Shown in pieces: positions 62,035 to 64,000 of a stretch of 64,000 nucleotides of DNA. The stretch is taken from positions 544,001 to 608,000 of the forward strand of contig OY762825.2 of the NCBI GenBank assembly GCA_963666425.2. Reading direction: 5' to 3'. Every line of letters begins with the position of its first letter. Within the stretch, counting starts at the first letter, position 1. The translations under genes were made by a program, and so were the position numbers. This DNA comes from Bacillota bacterium. GTDB lineage: Bacteria > Bacillota > JAAYKD01. The notes below the pieces were generated by a model, which worked only from the letters and a program-made list of their open reading frames with translations, made no database searches and was not told the origin of the DNA.

Positions 62035-64000
62035 CTACAGCAAGTCCCCGGGTTCTTTGCGAGAAAACACAACTGCCGGCGCCCAAGCTGCCAAGACCGC
62101 ACTCAATAAACACATCATGAGCGGAGCAAATATCAGAAGTGCGGCATCCGGCGTAAACCTAATACTTTGACCCGATGTATATTGCTGTAACAGCGATATC
62201 CCTGTAGCCAAAAGCCCAGCCACAACAAAGGGATAACCGGTTTTTTTCATTAGCAAAATGATGGTTTGCCGCGCGGTAGCGCCGATGGTTCGTTGTATAC
62301 CTGTATATTTCGAAATCTCCCGTGTTTTAACAATGGTAAATGCAAACAAACCAAAACAAGTTTGCAGAATCAGCATAGCAATCAGAAACCACAAGGTATA
62401 CGTGTAGCTGCGCTGCATTTCAAGAGTCCGTTGCAAATCATAAGATGGTTCTGTCACTTTAATATCCGCTGTTTCCCGCAGTTGCTCGCTGAGCTGTGGA
62501 TACAATTCTTGGATTCTTGTATAGTCGCTGTTTCTGATGAGGATTTGCGGTTCAACCTTGTTCTGCCAAAAAGTATCTTTATTTTTCTCGTCGGTTGCAT
62601 AAATGCTGAGCAAAGGGTAAGTTAATCCCGGTCGCTCCATATACTCACCCAGATCGACGATCCCGACGATTTTTTTAATTTCCTTCGGACCGTAACTGTA
62701 AAATTCCGCCTCTTTTCCTAAAGCGTTTTCGGCTGAATCAAATAGAGCGGCTGCCAACTCTTTACCTACCGCTATTTCTTCGTATTGTTGCGGCCAGCTG
62801 CCTTGACTGACTGTTAACCCCTGGACTTTGGCGTACTGACCGGCGGTCACGATAAGGTCGGTCGTATACTGTACGCCATTCGCTTTAAAGGTGTATCTTG
62901 AATAAGCGCCTTGCCAGGCAATACTTTCTTCTTCTACTCCCAGATCAACCAGTTTGCCGATATAATCACTCGGTAAGTGGATTTCGTTTACTTGATGAAT
63001 GCTTTGAATCTGTATGAGATCAAATTGTGAGGTTTTCAGTTTTTCCTCCAGACGGCTTGTTTCCATGATGGTTGACCAGGTGCTTTGCTGGATGACAAGA
63101 ATGAGCAGGAAAAAGGTCAGTAAGCTGAGTTCACGCCGAAAATCAATTTTCCCCCATTGGAATTTTGATTTTCCCTTTAGGGCATCGATGGGACTCTGGC
63201 CCAAAACAAAGTAAGTACAGATCGTACTGCTGATGGAAGCAAAGAACAATGTGATAATTAAAAACGGGATAAGCGCGCTGATTTGAAACACATAGCGGAT
63301 ACCCAATAAGTAATAACAGACATTTAAGACCAACCATACACCCGGAATTGCGAAAACCGAAGCGGCAGATGAGAGCTTCAGATAATTCGTAGCGTATTCC
63401 AGTTCGATCTGCTCAGTACTGGAGCCCATCGCTCTGCGGATTGCAATGGCTTTTCGTTCCTGATATAAATGCAGCATGAGCAATGATGTGATCAGGAGCA
63501 TAGAAATAACTACCATTTTTATAAACAGATCGGTGAGAGGAGCCAATTCTTCATTTTCCATGCCAACCTTAAGCGGCGGAGTCAGATCGATCGGGATAGA
63601 ATAAACCTCCGTTTGAAAGCGTCCTTCGAAAGTGTCTAGCACTTTGCGCAAGGTTAAAGGGATATTCTCTTTTTGATCGATTTTGATCAAAAGATAGTTA
63701 GAAGGTTCCGGATTAAAAATAGCTTTGGCTGATTCTTCGTATTCGCTGCCTTCCAGGTATAAACCGGAGTCACTGGGTGATTTCCAAGCAGAATGTAATT
63801 CTTCGTTAGTTGCCGATTTTCTCTCAAGGGGATAATGCAGCTTTGCCATCAAGCGGCTCAAAAAAGCCGCGTCATCACCATAATCAAGGTAGATCATACT
63901 GTCGACTTCATCTGGATAAACCTGAGAGCCCGTCCATTGTAAGGAAGTCAGGATTTTCTGCGGGTAAAGATGCTCCAGTGAGGTCATAAAGCTAGGTTTC
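62035..64000 (-). CDS. MacB/FtsX-type ABC permease (5' end outside the window)
   Basis: IAIRRAMGSS and GIQRTIGAT FtsX motifs; the frame stays open to the window edge; paralog of 56911-59511. Confidence 0.87.
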   Translation of the reverse strand, partial: KPSFMTSLEHLYPQKILTSLQWTGSQVYPDEVDSMIYLDYGDDAAFLSRLMAKLHYPLERKSATNEELHSAWKSPSDSGLYLEGSEYEESAKAIFNPEPSNYLLIKIDQKENIPLTLRKVLDTFEGRFQTEVYSIPIDLTPPLKVGMENEELAPLTDLFIKMVVISMLLITSLLMLHLYQERKAIAIRRAMGSSTEQIELEYATNYLKLSSAASVFAIPGVWLVLNVCYYLLGIRYVFQISALIPFLIITLFFASISSTICTYFVLGQSPIDALKGKSKFQWGKIDFRRELSLLTFFLLILVIQQSTWSTIMETSRLEEKLKTSQFDLIQIQSIHQVNEIHLPSDYIGKLVDLGVEEESIAWQGAYSRYTFKANGVQYTTDLIVTAGQYAKVQGLTVSQGSWPQQYEEIAVGKELAAALFDSAENALGKEAEFYSYGPKEIKKIVGIVDLGEYMERPGLTYPLLSIYATDEKNKDTFWQNKVEPQILIRNSDYTRIQELYPQLSEQLRETADIKVTEPSYDLQRTLEMQRSYTYTLWFLIAMLILQTCFGLFAFTIVKTREISKYTGIQRTIGATARQTIILLMKKTGYPFVVAGLLATGISLLQQYTSGQSIRFTPDAALLIFAPLMMCLLSAVLAAWAPAVVFSRKEPGDLL

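Overview
Chromosomal window from an anaerobic Bacillota (Firmicutes)-type bacterium, with most genes on the minus strand. It holds priA-def-fmt-rsmB, a complete 9-gene A/V-type ATPase operon with Na+-type K subunit, MATE plus a PLP sulfur-amino-acid lyase, pyruvate:ferredoxin oxidoreductase, an ECF sigma/anti-sigma pair, an Lsa-like ABC-F behind an attenuator, a GH2, a reduced dcw cluster (mraZ to ftsZ; no ftsI, murE, murB or ftsA here), fprA, a B12 radical SAM, kbl, and an AT-richer accessory end with two diverged copies of an ABC-permease/lipoprotein/small-membrane-protein module. The most striking non-coding signal is a family of GTAG-type REP hairpins (GTAGGGAAyrGTC-TT-GACyrTTCCG, with compensatory stem changes) in three arrays at about 3.0-4.4, 16.2-18.5 and 34.1-35.9 kb. 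An IS110 element is inserted precisely into one REP at a CT core. Its 290-bp left end reads as a bridge RNA whose target guides (ACUGUUCCCU and AUGUAG) spell the REP sequence and match exactly the ten REP-A copies of the 184-bp tandem array. All calls are by eye; no searches or folding programs were run.
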